Made by a program: the position numbers and the translations under genes | In this document: piece after piece, positions 18,126 through 26,720 of the stretch | Layout: every line of letters starts with the position of its first letter | Position numbering within the stretch: position 1 is the first letter of the stretch | NCBI GenBank assembly: GCA_003251635.1 | Contig: QKEW01000011.1 | Location: 39,411 to 103,410, forward strand | Reading direction: 5' to 3' | From: a bacterium | Lineage (GTDB): Bacteria > Patescibacteriota > Minisyncoccia > Moranbacterales > GWC2-37-73 | Length of the DNA stretch: 64,000 nucleotides | The notes under the pieces: generated by a model | Databases searched by the model: none | What the model saw: the letters and a program-made list of their open reading frames with translations, nothing else | Told to the model about the DNA's origin: nothing

Positions 18126-19394
18126 ATGGATAAGTTTTTAAAACATGCCGAGAGGCTGGATCATAAAAAGATAAGGCTTCTTAACTTATTGTCTTTTCTT
18201 ATTGGGATTAGCGGATCAAGTTTAATTTATGTTCTTTCCAGTTATGTTGATGGTTTGGTCGGGGAGGAAAATATGAGTTTGATTTATTCCTTGGCTTATT
18301 TGATTTTATTTTTCTTGCTTTTGAATTTTCACAAATTGATCAACCGTTTTGGGGAAATCAATTTGTTTTTGGGTTTGCAGTTTTTTAAAATTTTGATTTT
18401 GTTTTTTTTGGGATTTTTGCCGCTGATGAATTTCAATGTAGCTTTAGTGATCGGCTATTTGGTGTTTTCCTACATAACTTGGGTCGAGATGGATATTATT
18501 TTGGAAGGCTTTTCGGCTGATCGTATGTCTGGCAGAATTCGTGGTTTTTATTTGACTTTCAATAGTCTCGGCTATTTAGTAGGTCCGCTGATTTCAACTC
18601 AGATATTGGAACACTTTGACTACGCGGGTGTTTTTATATTCGCTTTGATTCTTTCCATGGTTTTTTTCTTGATTACTTTGGTAAGCTTGAATAAGACTAA
18701 GAGTGAGCTGCGCGAGGTTCCTTGTGTCAAAAAGATTCTTCAAAAAATTTTTTCCAACAGTGATTTGCGACGAATTTATTTCGTTTCGGTTTTTTTGGAA
18801 ATTTTCTACGCAGTGGTAGTGGTTTATGTTCCGATTTATTTGTTGAGTCTGGGTGTGAATTGGTCTGAAATTGGAATTTTAATTTCCCTGGCTCATTTGC
18901 CTTTTATTCTTTTGCAATATCCGATCGGGGCGTTGGCTGACAAGAAGATGGGTGAGAAAGAGATTTTGATCTTGGCTTTTTTGATTTTGGGTTTTTCAAC
19001 TTTATTGATCTATTTTATCCAATCTTCCGATCTTTTCGTTTGGGCTATGGTTTTGATGACCACGCGGATCGGAGCGGCATTGATTGAAGTTTTGCGCGAT
19101 TCTTATTTCTATAAAAAAGTTGATGCTCGCGATGTTGATCTGATTAATTTTTTCCGAACTGCCGGTCCGGTCGCTTTCTTTTTGGGGACAGCCCTAGCTT
19201 CTTTTTGCTTGCTATTTTTCTCAACGAAAGCGATATTCATATTGTTTGGAATGATTATATTTTTGGGCATAATTCCAGCGGCTAGACTCAGAGACAATCT
19301 TTCTGAAAAAGAAATAATGCTCAAAAATGGAATTGGTAAAGCTTTGGGCTCTGAAAAACAGCTCGAAACAGAAAAGGTAAAAATTGGCCTATGA
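18126..19394 (+). CDS. MFS transporter
   Basis: About 12 TM; motif A variants (HKLINRFG, GALADKKMGEK). Confidence 0.85.
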   Translation: MDKFLKHAERLDHKKIRLLNLLSFLIGISGSSLIYVLSSYVDGLVGEENMSLIYSLAYLILFFLLLNFHKLINRFGEINLFLGLQFFKILILFFLGFLPLMNFNVALVIGYLVFSYITWVEMDIILEGFSADRMSGRIRGFYLTFNSLGYLVGPLISTQILEHFDYAGVFIFALILSMVFFLITLVSLNKTKSELREVPCVKKILQKIFSNSDLRRIYFVSVFLEIFYAVVVVYVPIYLLSLGVNWSEIGILISLAHLPFILLQYPIGALADKKMGEKEILILAFLILGFSTLLIYFIQSSDLFVWAMVLMTTRIGAALIEVLRDSYFYKKVDARDVDLINFFRTAGPVAFFLGTALASFCLLFFSTKAIFILFGMIIFLGIIPAARLRDNLSEKEIMLKNGIGKALGSEKQLETEKVKIGL

Positions 19395-20116
19395 CTTATC
19401 AAATAAAAATTGAACAGTTTGAGGGACCGCTTGATTTGCTTTTGCGCTTGATTGAGCAGGAAAAAATGGATGTTACCAAAATCAGTCTTTCAAAAGTGGC
19501 TGATCAATATTTGGAGTACATCAACCAACAAGGAGAAATCTCTTTGGAAAATTTGGCTCAGTTTTTGACAGTAGCTTCGCGATTGCTTTTGATTAAGTCA
19601 CGTGCTTTGTTGCCGCTGCTGGAATTTAGCGAAGAAGAGGAGGAAGAAATTGAGGATTTACAAAATCAACTGATTGAATATAAAAAATTCCGAGATATTT
19701 CCTTGGAGGTTGGAGAGCTTTTTGATTCCAGACAAAATTTTTATGCCAGGGAAGGGGTTTGGGATGATCAAAAAGTTTTTTGTCCACCGGAAAATTTGAA
19801 GGCAGTCGATTTGCAAAAATCTTTCGAAAAAGTTCTGGGCGAAATTCCTTGGACGGAAAAATTGCAGCAGGATATGATTATCGAGGTAATAACCTTGGAA
19901 GAGAAAATCTTGCATTTACAAGACAGACTAAGAACCAGGGCTCAGATGAATTTCTCGGAATTGGTTGAAAAAAGTCAGGACAAGATCGAGGTGGTGGTTT
20001 CTTTTTTGGCTCTGTTGGAATTAGTTAAGCAAAGGATTGTAATAGTTGAGCAGGGTGAATTGTTCGCTGAAATTGAAATGCAGCGGCGGCCAGTTGATTC
20101 GGTGGTGGGGAAATAA
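19391..20116 (+). CDS. scpA: Segregation and condensation protein A (kleisin)
   Basis: Motifs FEGPLDLLLRLI, IKSRALLP and VVSFLALLEL. Confidence 0.95.
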   Translation: MTYQIKIEQFEGPLDLLLRLIEQEKMDVTKISLSKVADQYLEYINQQGEISLENLAQFLTVASRLLLIKSRALLPLLEFSEEEEEEIEDLQNQLIEYKKFRDISLEVGELFDSRQNFYAREGVWDDQKVFCPPENLKAVDLQKSFEKVLGEIPWTEKLQQDMIIEVITLEEKILHLQDRLRTRAQMNFSELVEKSQDKIEVVVSFLALLELVKQRIVIVEQGELFAEIEMQRRPVDSVVGK

Positions 20117-20124
20117 GCAACTAA

Positions 20125-20679
20125 ATGACTTTAAAAAATATGGAGATTGAAAAAATCAGATCAGTATTGGAGAGCTTGCTTTTAGTCAGCGGTGATCCTT
20201 TGGACATTTCCAAGTTAGCTAAGATCATTGAGGTTTCTGTGGAAAAAATTCAAGAAGGAATCGTGTCCTTGAAGGATTCTTATTTGAAAAATCAAAGCGG
20301 ACTTGAGCTGGTGCAAAGCGGCAATCAGATTCAATTAGTTTCCAATGCCAACAATGCTCAATTTGTGGAAAAAATGATGAAAATCGAACTGGAAGGTTCT
20401 TTGAGTAACTCTTCGTTGGAGGTGGTTTCAATCATTGCATATCGTGGTCCAATTTCTAAACCAGAAATTGAAGCTATTCGCGGAGTTAATTGTTCCTATG
20501 CGCTGCGTAATCTTTCCATGCGAGGATTAATTGAACGTCAAAGTAATCCCCAGGATTCTCGAGGCTATTTGTATAAAATTTCTTTGGATTTTCTCAAAAA
20601 AATGGGCATTGATCAGGTGGAAAAATTGCCTAAATATGATATACTTTCGAAAGATGAAAGGGTTGGTGACGTTAAGTAG
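20125..20679 (+). CDS. scpB: Segregation and condensation protein B
   Basis: Motifs LESLLLVSG and IIAYRGPISKPEIEAIRGVN; lies directly after scpA. Confidence 0.95.
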   Translation: MTLKNMEIEKIRSVLESLLLVSGDPLDISKLAKIIEVSVEKIQEGIVSLKDSYLKNQSGLELVQSGNQIQLVSNANNAQFVEKMMKIELEGSLSNSSLEVVSIIAYRGPISKPEIEAIRGVNCSYALRNLSMRGLIERQSNPQDSRGYLYKISLDFLKKMGIDQVEKLPKYDILSKDERVGDVK

Positions 20680-20694
20680 CAATAAAAACATTTT

Positions 20695-21705
20695 ATGCAT
20701 TTTTTGGGTTTAATTTTGGCCTTGGTTATTTTTCCGCTCAATTCTCTCTTGTTTTGGGCGGACAGTTCAGCTTGGGGAAAAGAAAGTGAAGATATTTCTC
20801 CGGTTGATCGACCATTGGATTTCAAGTCTGGCAAGGAGCAAGCTAAAATTTGGGGCAACTCATTTCCAATTGCGCAATACCAGCCGGTTCGCAAGGAAAA
20901 TACGCCAGACCTGGTTATCTCCAACGCTCACGCTTCTTTGATTTTGGATGCCGGAAGCGGCACCATTTTACACTATGATCAAGGGCGGCAGGAAAGACAG
21001 ATCGCTTCTTTGACTAAGATTATGACGGCGGTTTTGGTAATGGAAAACATTAAGGATTTGGATGAGTTGGTGACAATTGATGAAGAAGTGGTTTATGTGG
21101 ATGGAACCAAAATCGGTTGTCCGCGCAGCGGTTATTGTATTAGTCAGCGTTTGCGAGTCGGTGAAAAAATCAGTGTGCGCAATTTACTCAAAGCCATGCT
21201 GATCAATAGTGCTAATGACGCCGCCACTGCTTTGGGCAAGCATATCGGCGGCACTGTGGATAATTTTGCTAAAATAATGAATGAAAGAGCTAAGGAATTA
21301 GGTCTGGAGGATTCACATTTTTGTACCCCATCCGGTTTGGAGAAAGATGGAGCCGAAGAGACTTGCTATTCTTCGGCCTATGACATTGCCAGAATCGCAG
21401 CCTACTCTTTGAAGTTTGGAGAAATTTGGAACATTTTCAAATTGCCTAGCAACACGGTTGTGGCTTCGGCTGATGGTCAATATGAGCACACTCTTTTGAA
21501 CACGGATTTGTTGATTGATGAAATGCCCAATCTTATTGGAGGAAAAACCGGATTTACTCCGTTAGCTGGACGTTCATTGCTGATGGCTATTCAGGATGAA
21601 GATCAAAAGCACACCATCATCACAGTTTTATTGGATGACCCCTATCGTTGGCAAGATGTCAAAATTATGGCGGATTGGGCTTTTAGTTCTTTTGAATGGC
21701 AATAA
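20695..21705 (+). CDS. D-alanyl-D-alanine carboxypeptidase (peptidase S11)
   Basis: SxxK (ASLTK), SxN (SAN) and KTG (GKTGFT) motifs; N-terminal signal/anchor. Confidence 0.92.
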   Translation: MHFLGLILALVIFPLNSLLFWADSSAWGKESEDISPVDRPLDFKSGKEQAKIWGNSFPIAQYQPVRKENTPDLVISNAHASLILDAGSGTILHYDQGRQERQIASLTKIMTAVLVMENIKDLDELVTIDEEVVYVDGTKIGCPRSGYCISQRLRVGEKISVRNLLKAMLINSANDAATALGKHIGGTVDNFAKIMNERAKELGLEDSHFCTPSGLEKDGAEETCYSSAYDIARIAAYSLKFGEIWNIFKLPSNTVVASADGQYEHTLLNTDLLIDEMPNLIGGKTGFTPLAGRSLLMAIQDEDQKHTIITVLLDDPYRWQDVKIMADWAFSSFEWQ

Positions 21706-21723
21706 TTTGAAATAAATAATTTT

Positions 21724-22833
21724 ATGGAAATTGCGCAAATAAATACAGTGCCGGAGATAATCAATTTGATCAAAGTGCTTTTTACGGGACTCTTGGCTTT
21801 TGTGTTGGCTTTTTTGTTGACCCCAATTTGGACTCACTTGCTTTATAAGCACAAAATTGGAATCAAAATCAAGAAAACAGATGTGGATGGCAACAAATTG
21901 ACCTACGTTAACAAATTGCATGCCAAAAAAGAAGGAACTCCAACCATGGGCGGAGTGATTGTCTGGTTGTCAGTTTTTATTTTAGTTTTGGCTTCGCACT
22001 ATGTTTTTCCTTTGTTGGCCAACTTTTTTGATATCAGCTTTTTGGCTCGATTGGATTTTTTCTCCCGCTCCCAGGTTTATCTGCCACTTTTTGCTTTGGT
22101 GACAGCCGGAGTCTTGGGTTTTTTTGATGATTGGATGAGCGTGCGGGGTTGGGGCGCCAACAAGGGCGGTGGCATGCGTTTTGCTAAACGTTTTTGGTGG
22201 CTTTTTCTGATTGCAGCCGTGGGGGCTTGGTGGTTTTATTCAAAATTGGGTTGGGATCAAATTCACGTTCCGGCTGTGGGAGATTTTTCGATTGGCCTGT
22301 GGTATGTGCCGCTTTTTATTTTTGTGATTCTTTTCACGGCCATTTCTTCCAATGAAACTGATGGTCTGGATGGTCTCAATGGCGGCATTTTGATCATGGC
22401 TTTTTCGTCTTTTGCTTTGATTTCTTTTTTTCAAAACAAAATTGACTTGGCCGCTTTCTCGGCCGCAATTTCCGGAGCTTTACTGGCTTTTTTGTGGTTT
22501 AATATTTATCCAGCTCGATTTTTTATGGGGGATACTGGAGCTATGAGTTTGGGCACAACCTTGGGAGTAGTGGCTCTTTTGACCAACTCGGTGATTATCT
22601 TGTATATTGTTGTTTTTGTTTATGTTATGGAATCGGCAAGTGTGGTTTTACAACTGGGATCCAAGAAATTTTTAAAGAGAAAAATATTTTTGGCCGCTCC
22701 GCTTCATCATCATTTTGAAGCCAAGGGTTGGCCGGAGCCGAAGATCGTGATGCGGGCTTGGGTTTTCACGGCCATCACCGCTGCTATGGGAATTATTATT
22801 GGAATTTTAGGCATGGGCAAGATTAAGTTTTAG
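21724..22833 (+). CDS. mraY: Phospho-N-acetylmuramoyl-pentapeptide transferase
   Basis: Motifs KEGTPTMGG, GFFDD, NETDGLDGL, PARFFMGDTG and APLHHHFE. Confidence 0.95.
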   Translation: MEIAQINTVPEIINLIKVLFTGLLAFVLAFLLTPIWTHLLYKHKIGIKIKKTDVDGNKLTYVNKLHAKKEGTPTMGGVIVWLSVFILVLASHYVFPLLANFFDISFLARLDFFSRSQVYLPLFALVTAGVLGFFDDWMSVRGWGANKGGGMRFAKRFWWLFLIAAVGAWWFYSKLGWDQIHVPAVGDFSIGLWYVPLFIFVILFTAISSNETDGLDGLNGGILIMAFSSFALISFFQNKIDLAAFSAAISGALLAFLWFNIYPARFFMGDTGAMSLGTTLGVVALLTNSVIILYIVVFVYVMESASVVLQLGSKKFLKRKIFLAAPLHHHFEAKGWPEPKIVMRAWVFTAITAAMGIIIGILGMGKIKF

Positions 22834-22864
22834 ATCATTATTTTTAGAGCGAAAAAAAGATGGG

Positions 22865-22900
22865 ACGTACTGACGAACGTACGTACGTTCGTCAGTACGT
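22865..22900. repeat. Perfect 36-bp palindrome (tetramer-repeat element, copy 1)
   Basis: ACGTACTGACGAACGTAC|GTACGTTCGTCAGTACGT is its own reverse complement; it lies between mraY and pgk. Confidence 0.95.
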
Positions 22901-22925
22901 GAGTTTAATTCATAAGGATAAAAAT

Positions 22926-23960
22926 ATGAAAAAGATTCAAGAGGCGGATTTGGTTGGAAAAAAAGTTTTGGTACGAGCGGATTTCAATGTGGGAGTTGTG
23001 GATGGAAAAATTGCGGAAAAATTTAAACTGGAGGCTTGCAAAGAAACTGTTGAGCATTTACTTTCCCAAAGTGAAACCAAGGTGGCCTTGTGTTCTCATT
23101 TGGGTCGGCCAGAAGGACAATTTAATGAAAAATTTTCCTTGAAGCAATTGGCTAGTGAGTTGGAGAATATTTTAACCAAAAAAATTGTTTTTGTGCCGGA
23201 AATTTCAGTGGAAAAAATTCAAGCTGCTTTGGAGGACCTAAATGAAGGAGAAATTTTACTGTTGGAAAATGTGCGTTTTTATCCGGGCGAGGAAAAAAAC
23301 GATAGCGAATTTTCCCAGCAATTGGCTGGAGCTTTTGATGTTTTTGTTAACGAGGCTTTCAGTGTGTGTCACCGGGACCAATCTTCAGTGACTGGCGTGA
23401 CGAAATTTCTGCCCAGCTATGCGGGCTTTTGGCTGCAAAAAGAAGTGGAAAACTTGGATCGAGTTTTAGATAATCCCGCCAAGCCGGCCGTGGCGATCAT
23501 TGGCGGAGCTAAAATTGAAACCAAGCTGCCTTTGATTGAAAAATTCGAAAAAATTTATGATCAGGTTTTGGTGGGTGGCATGGTGGCTAACGAAGCCTTG
23601 GATCAGAAAAAAACTTTTTCCGACAAGGTTATTTTGCCGCAGGATTTCGAGGGTGAGCGTTTGGACATTGGACCAAAAACCTTGGAACAGTTCAAGCAGA
23701 TTGTTGCAACGGCTAAGACCATTGTTTGGAACGGTCCCTTGGGTAAGTTTGAAGAAAAACCTTTTGACCGAGCCACGCGGGAAATTTTGCAGATGGTAGC
23801 TGAAAGCCAAGCTTTCACTTTGGTTGGCGGCGGCGAGTCGGTACAGGTTTTGGAAGAAAATGGCTGGTTGGATAAAATCTCATTTGTCTCCACCGGCGGC
23901 GGCGCCATGCTGGAATACCTCAGCGGCAACCCCATGCCGGGGATTGAGGGGTTGAAATAA
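22926..23960 (+). CDS. pgk: Phosphoglycerate kinase
   Basis: Motifs VRADFNV, SHLGRP, LLENVRF, GGAK, WNGPLGKFE and STGGGAMLEYL. The likely start is ATG 22926 (AAGGA upstream); the ORF-track start at 22860 reads through the palindrome. Confidence 0.96.
   Translation: MKKIQEADLVGKKVLVRADFNVGVVDGKIAEKFKLEACKETVEHLLSQSETKVALCSHLGRPEGQFNEKFSLKQLASELENILTKKIVFVPEISVEKIQAALEDLNEGEILLLENVRFYPGEEKNDSEFSQQLAGAFDVFVNEAFSVCHRDQSSVTGVTKFLPSYAGFWLQKEVENLDRVLDNPAKPAVAIIGGAKIETKLPLIEKFEKIYDQVLVGGMVANEALDQKKTFSDKVILPQDFEGERLDIGPKTLEQFKQIVATAKTIVWNGPLGKFEEKPFDRATREILQMVAESQAFTLVGGGESVQVLEENGWLDKISFVSTGGGAMLEYLSGNPMPGIEGLK
23898..23960 (+). repeat. pgk 3'-end direct repeat, copy R1 (the functional gene end)
   Basis: Same sequence recurs at 24510-24548 and 25770-25832. 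Confidence 0.92.
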
Positions 23961-24023
23961 GGGATTGAGTTAATGAGAGTCTGTGTAATGTTAATTGTTT
24001 GAATTCATTTTAAGTACAATGAT

Positions 24024-24494
24024 ATGATTGAAAATAATCCATGGAAACCAGAAAATGGACCCGAGAGTCAGCAGAATGAAGAAAACGACAGAGAGAAGAA
24101 TGCTAAGAATAGGTTATTTGAAGGAAGTCTGGGTTTAGGTAGAAATGATCCAATGGCGCTAAAAACATCAAGCGAAAGCGCTTACTGGGTGACTGGTGAG
24201 TCGCAAATTCAAGATATTATTGAAAGTGGCTATATAAGACCGCCTGTTGGTAAATTAAAAGGTGGACACAAGGGAGAGGTTCATTGGTCAAGGGGAGGTG
24301 ATAAATTGTTTTATCGTGATAAAAGACCAGTGTTGGAAATTGATAGGGATAAAATTTTAAATAGGGAAATAGGTGCTTTTAGAATAAGCGATTTGAAAGC
24401 GATCTGGGTGTTTGACGAAGAGAAGGGCACCTATGAGGATAAATTAAATGAAATTTTAGCCAAAAGCAAAAAAACTGATGATTTGGCTGATTAA
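24024..24494 (+). CDS. Hypothetical protein, possibly ADP-ribosyltransferase-like fold
   Basis: 156 aa. YWVTG...DIIESGYIR...EVHWS resembles the N-terminal pattern of HYD1-type ART toxins. The fold call is weak. Confidence 0.6.
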   Translation: MIENNPWKPENGPESQQNEENDREKNAKNRLFEGSLGLGRNDPMALKTSSESAYWVTGESQIQDIIESGYIRPPVGKLKGGHKGEVHWSRGGDKLFYRDKRPVLEIDRDKILNREIGAFRISDLKAIWVFDEEKGTYEDKLNEILAKSKKTDDLAD

Positions 24495-24509
24495 TTTTTA
24501 ATAATTTGA

Positions 24510-24548
24510 AGCGGCAACCTCATGCCGGGGATTGAGGGGTTGGGGTAG
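24510..24548 (+). repeat. pgk 3'-end direct repeat, copy R2
   Basis: 24510-24542 matches 23922-23954 at 32/33 nt; reads SGNLMPGIEGLG-stop. Confidence 0.92.
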
Positions 24549-24588
24549 GGAGAAAGTTCGTACAATAACGAGTTGTGCAAAATTTTGG

Positions 24589-24645
24589 TTGACAAACCAT
24601 ACTTTTATAGTATAATAGTTTACAGTTATCTGTAAACTGTAAACT
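24589..24645 (+). promoter_or_regulatory. Sigma70 promoter with an adjacent palindromic operator
   Basis: TTGACA (24589) - 16 bp - TATAAT (24611), then AGTTTACAG-ttat-CTGTAAACT (24617-24638) and an extra GTAAACT half-site. Confidence 0.85.
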
Positions 24646-24646
24646 A

Positions 24647-25624
24647 ATGAAAACATCTGAAAAAATCCTACAATATATAACCGAAAAAAAGCAAGTAACC
24701 GTGCATGAGTTGGTTGACTATTTGGAAATTAGCCGAATGGCGGTTTCCAAACAGCTCAGCAATCTTATATCTGAAGGAAAAATAAATAAAACCGGAAAGC
24801 CACCCAAAGTGTTTTATTTTATTGCTGCTGAAAAAGATGAGTTGGAAAAAGGCAGTATCAAGATTGACCCAAAAATAAAAAATATTATAGAAAAAAACTT
24901 TCTGCTTATAACTCCATTTGGCCAACGATTGGAAGGATTGGAAGGTTTTATTTATTGGTGTCGGAAAACCAATCAATCAATTGAAAAATCGGCCGGTGAA
25001 TATGCGGACACGTGGAAAAAATATGATAAATTTAAGAAAAGCGGTTTGATTGATGGAATGGAAAAATTCAAACAAACTTTCAAGACAATTTATTTGGACA
25101 AGGTTTTTTATTTGGATTTTTACAGTATTGAGCGGTTTGGAAAAACGAAACTTGGCCAACTTTTATTGTATGCCAAACAGAGTCAAAATCGCAAGCTAAT
25201 AAAAGAATTAACTCAAATAATAAAACCGCAGTTGGATCATTTGCTCAAAAAATTCAATATAGACGGGATTGGTTTTATTCCCCCGACGGTAAAGCGCGAA
25301 GTTCAATTTATGAAGGAATTGGAAAAAAATTTACACCCAGACTTAAAAAAAGTATCTATTGTGAAAGTCCAATCAGACATAATGGTTCCCCAAAAAACCC
25401 TGAACAAATTGAAGGATCGTGTTGAAAATGCCAAAAGAACGATTGTTGTTGATGAATCAAGAAATTTTGAAAATATCTTGTTGGTGGATGATGCGATCGG
25501 TTCAGGAGCGACTCTCAATGAAACGGCGGAAAAAATCAGAGCTAGGGGCATTTGCCGAGGAAAAATAATCGGGCTTTCAATAACGGGAAGTTTCAAGGGT
25601 TTTGATGTTATAAATGAAGTTTGA
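24647..25624 (+). CDS. Winged-HTH plus type I phosphoribosyltransferase (ComF-like) fusion
   Basis: N-terminal HTH (ELVDYLEISRMAVSKQLSNL). C-terminal FIPPT, RVENAK and PRPP-binding loop LLVDDAIGSGATL. Confidence 0.82.
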   Translation: MKTSEKILQYITEKKQVTVHELVDYLEISRMAVSKQLSNLISEGKINKTGKPPKVFYFIAAEKDELEKGSIKIDPKIKNIIEKNFLLITPFGQRLEGLEGFIYWCRKTNQSIEKSAGEYADTWKKYDKFKKSGLIDGMEKFKQTFKTIYLDKVFYLDFYSIERFGKTKLGQLLLYAKQSQNRKLIKELTQIIKPQLDHLLKKFNIDGIGFIPPTVKREVQFMKELEKNLHPDLKKVSIVKVQSDIMVPQKTLNKLKDRVENAKRTIVVDESRNFENILLVDDAIGSGATLNETAEKIRARGICRGKIIGLSITGSFKGFDVINEV

Positions 25625-25769
25625 CCAGGTCCGAGTCCCTTCGAAGCTTACTTGGCGGTTTTGAAGAGGTGAGAATGGCTGAAATTTGGTGAAAATAAAA
25701 AGGGATTAGATATCTTTATCAATCGTAGTTGTGATATAATTCAAACATAGTTAGTTCTGCCTAGCTTGT

Positions 25770-25832
25770 GGCGGCGCCATGCTGGAGTACCTCAGCGGCA
25801 ATCAAATGCCGGGGATTGAGGGGTTGAAATAA
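25770..25832 (+). repeat. pgk 3'-end direct repeat, copy R3
   Basis: 59/63 nt identical to 23898-23960; reads GGAMLEYLSGNQMPGIEGLK-stop. Confidence 0.95.
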
Positions 25833-25855
25833 TTTTGTTTAGCTTAAAAATAAAA

Positions 25856-26611
25856 ATGAATAAAAAAACAAAAATAATCAGTGTGGTCGTGGTTATGGTT
25901 CTGCTGTTAGCATCTTCCTTGTATTTTCTTTTTCTGACAAAAAATAAGGAAAATAAAAACGAGGAAAATGGTGTGGCTGAAGCTGAGGCAGTAAAAGTGA
26001 ATGAAGAAAATTTTTGTTTGAAGTTTAATGAAAAAGGAGTTGAATATGTTGATCAGGAAATCGAAGCTTTAGTGAGTAGATATGCAAGTGCCAATGGTTC
26101 AGTTATTTCAAAAAACGAAATCTGTGCTTCTTTGTTGGCTGGTCGTGATTTGGCCTCGGACCTTGGAGATGAAGAGTTTTATAGTAAAGTGTTTACAGGT
26201 GAACCTGAAATTGAAGAGGGGATTATAAATAAATTGGAAGTATATATTGGGAGAACCAGAGCCGAAGAGGTTACTGAAGAATTATTTAGAGAAGCCAATG
26301 ATAAAAATGAGGAGCTCTTACTTAAAACACAAATCATTATGACATCTCCATATGCATTATTGTGTATTAGGGACAAAGGGTTTCTCACGGAGCCAAAATC
26401 AGGAGATCCTATATGTTTAAATAAAGTGAATGCTGATGATGTCTGGCCGAAAATAGAAGAAGAATATGGAGCCCAGTGGGGCGGGTGTGATTTTGCTATA
26501 GATAAAAGCAACAATACTTTTCAATACTGCGCAAAGGATATAAAGAATGACATTCTTTATAAATGCACGGAGAGTGGATGTGAAGAGGTGGTTGATACGG
26601 AGGATTTTTAA
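25856..26611 (+). CDS. Hypothetical membrane-anchored, acidic, Cys-containing exported protein
   Basis: Basic N-terminus plus one TM, 8 Cys, Glu-rich. Confidence 0.7.
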   Translation: MNKKTKIISVVVVMVLLLASSLYFLFLTKNKENKNEENGVAEAEAVKVNEENFCLKFNEKGVEYVDQEIEALVSRYASANGSVISKNEICASLLAGRDLASDLGDEEFYSKVFTGEPEIEEGIINKLEVYIGRTRAEEVTEELFREANDKNEELLLKTQIIMTSPYALLCIRDKGFLTEPKSGDPICLNKVNADDVWPKIEEEYGAQWGGCDFAIDKSNNTFQYCAKDIKNDILYKCTESGCEEVVDTEDF

Positions 26612-26657
26612 TACGTATTATAATCATTACATGGTTTATTGCGGGGTGTATATTTTT

Positions 26658-26686
26658 TTGACTTTCACCCCGATTCAAGCTACAAT
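26658..26686 (+). promoter_or_regulatory. Probable argS promoter
   Basis: TTGACT - 17 bp - TACAAT. Confidence 0.6.
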
Positions 26687-26720
26687 TGGGCCAAGATAAG
26701 CTTGAATTTAATCAGGAAAA

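Noticed and set aside
22860-22925. N-terminal extension of Pgk (MGRTDERTYVRQYV...) in the ORF track
   Set aside because: It is only the translation of the palindrome; ATG 22926 has an RBS and matches the normal Pgk start.
15708-25660. 12-bp match TACTTGGCGGTT in two intergenic regions (15708 and 25649)
   Set aside because: Only two short copies with no shared flanks or structure; chance cannot be excluded.
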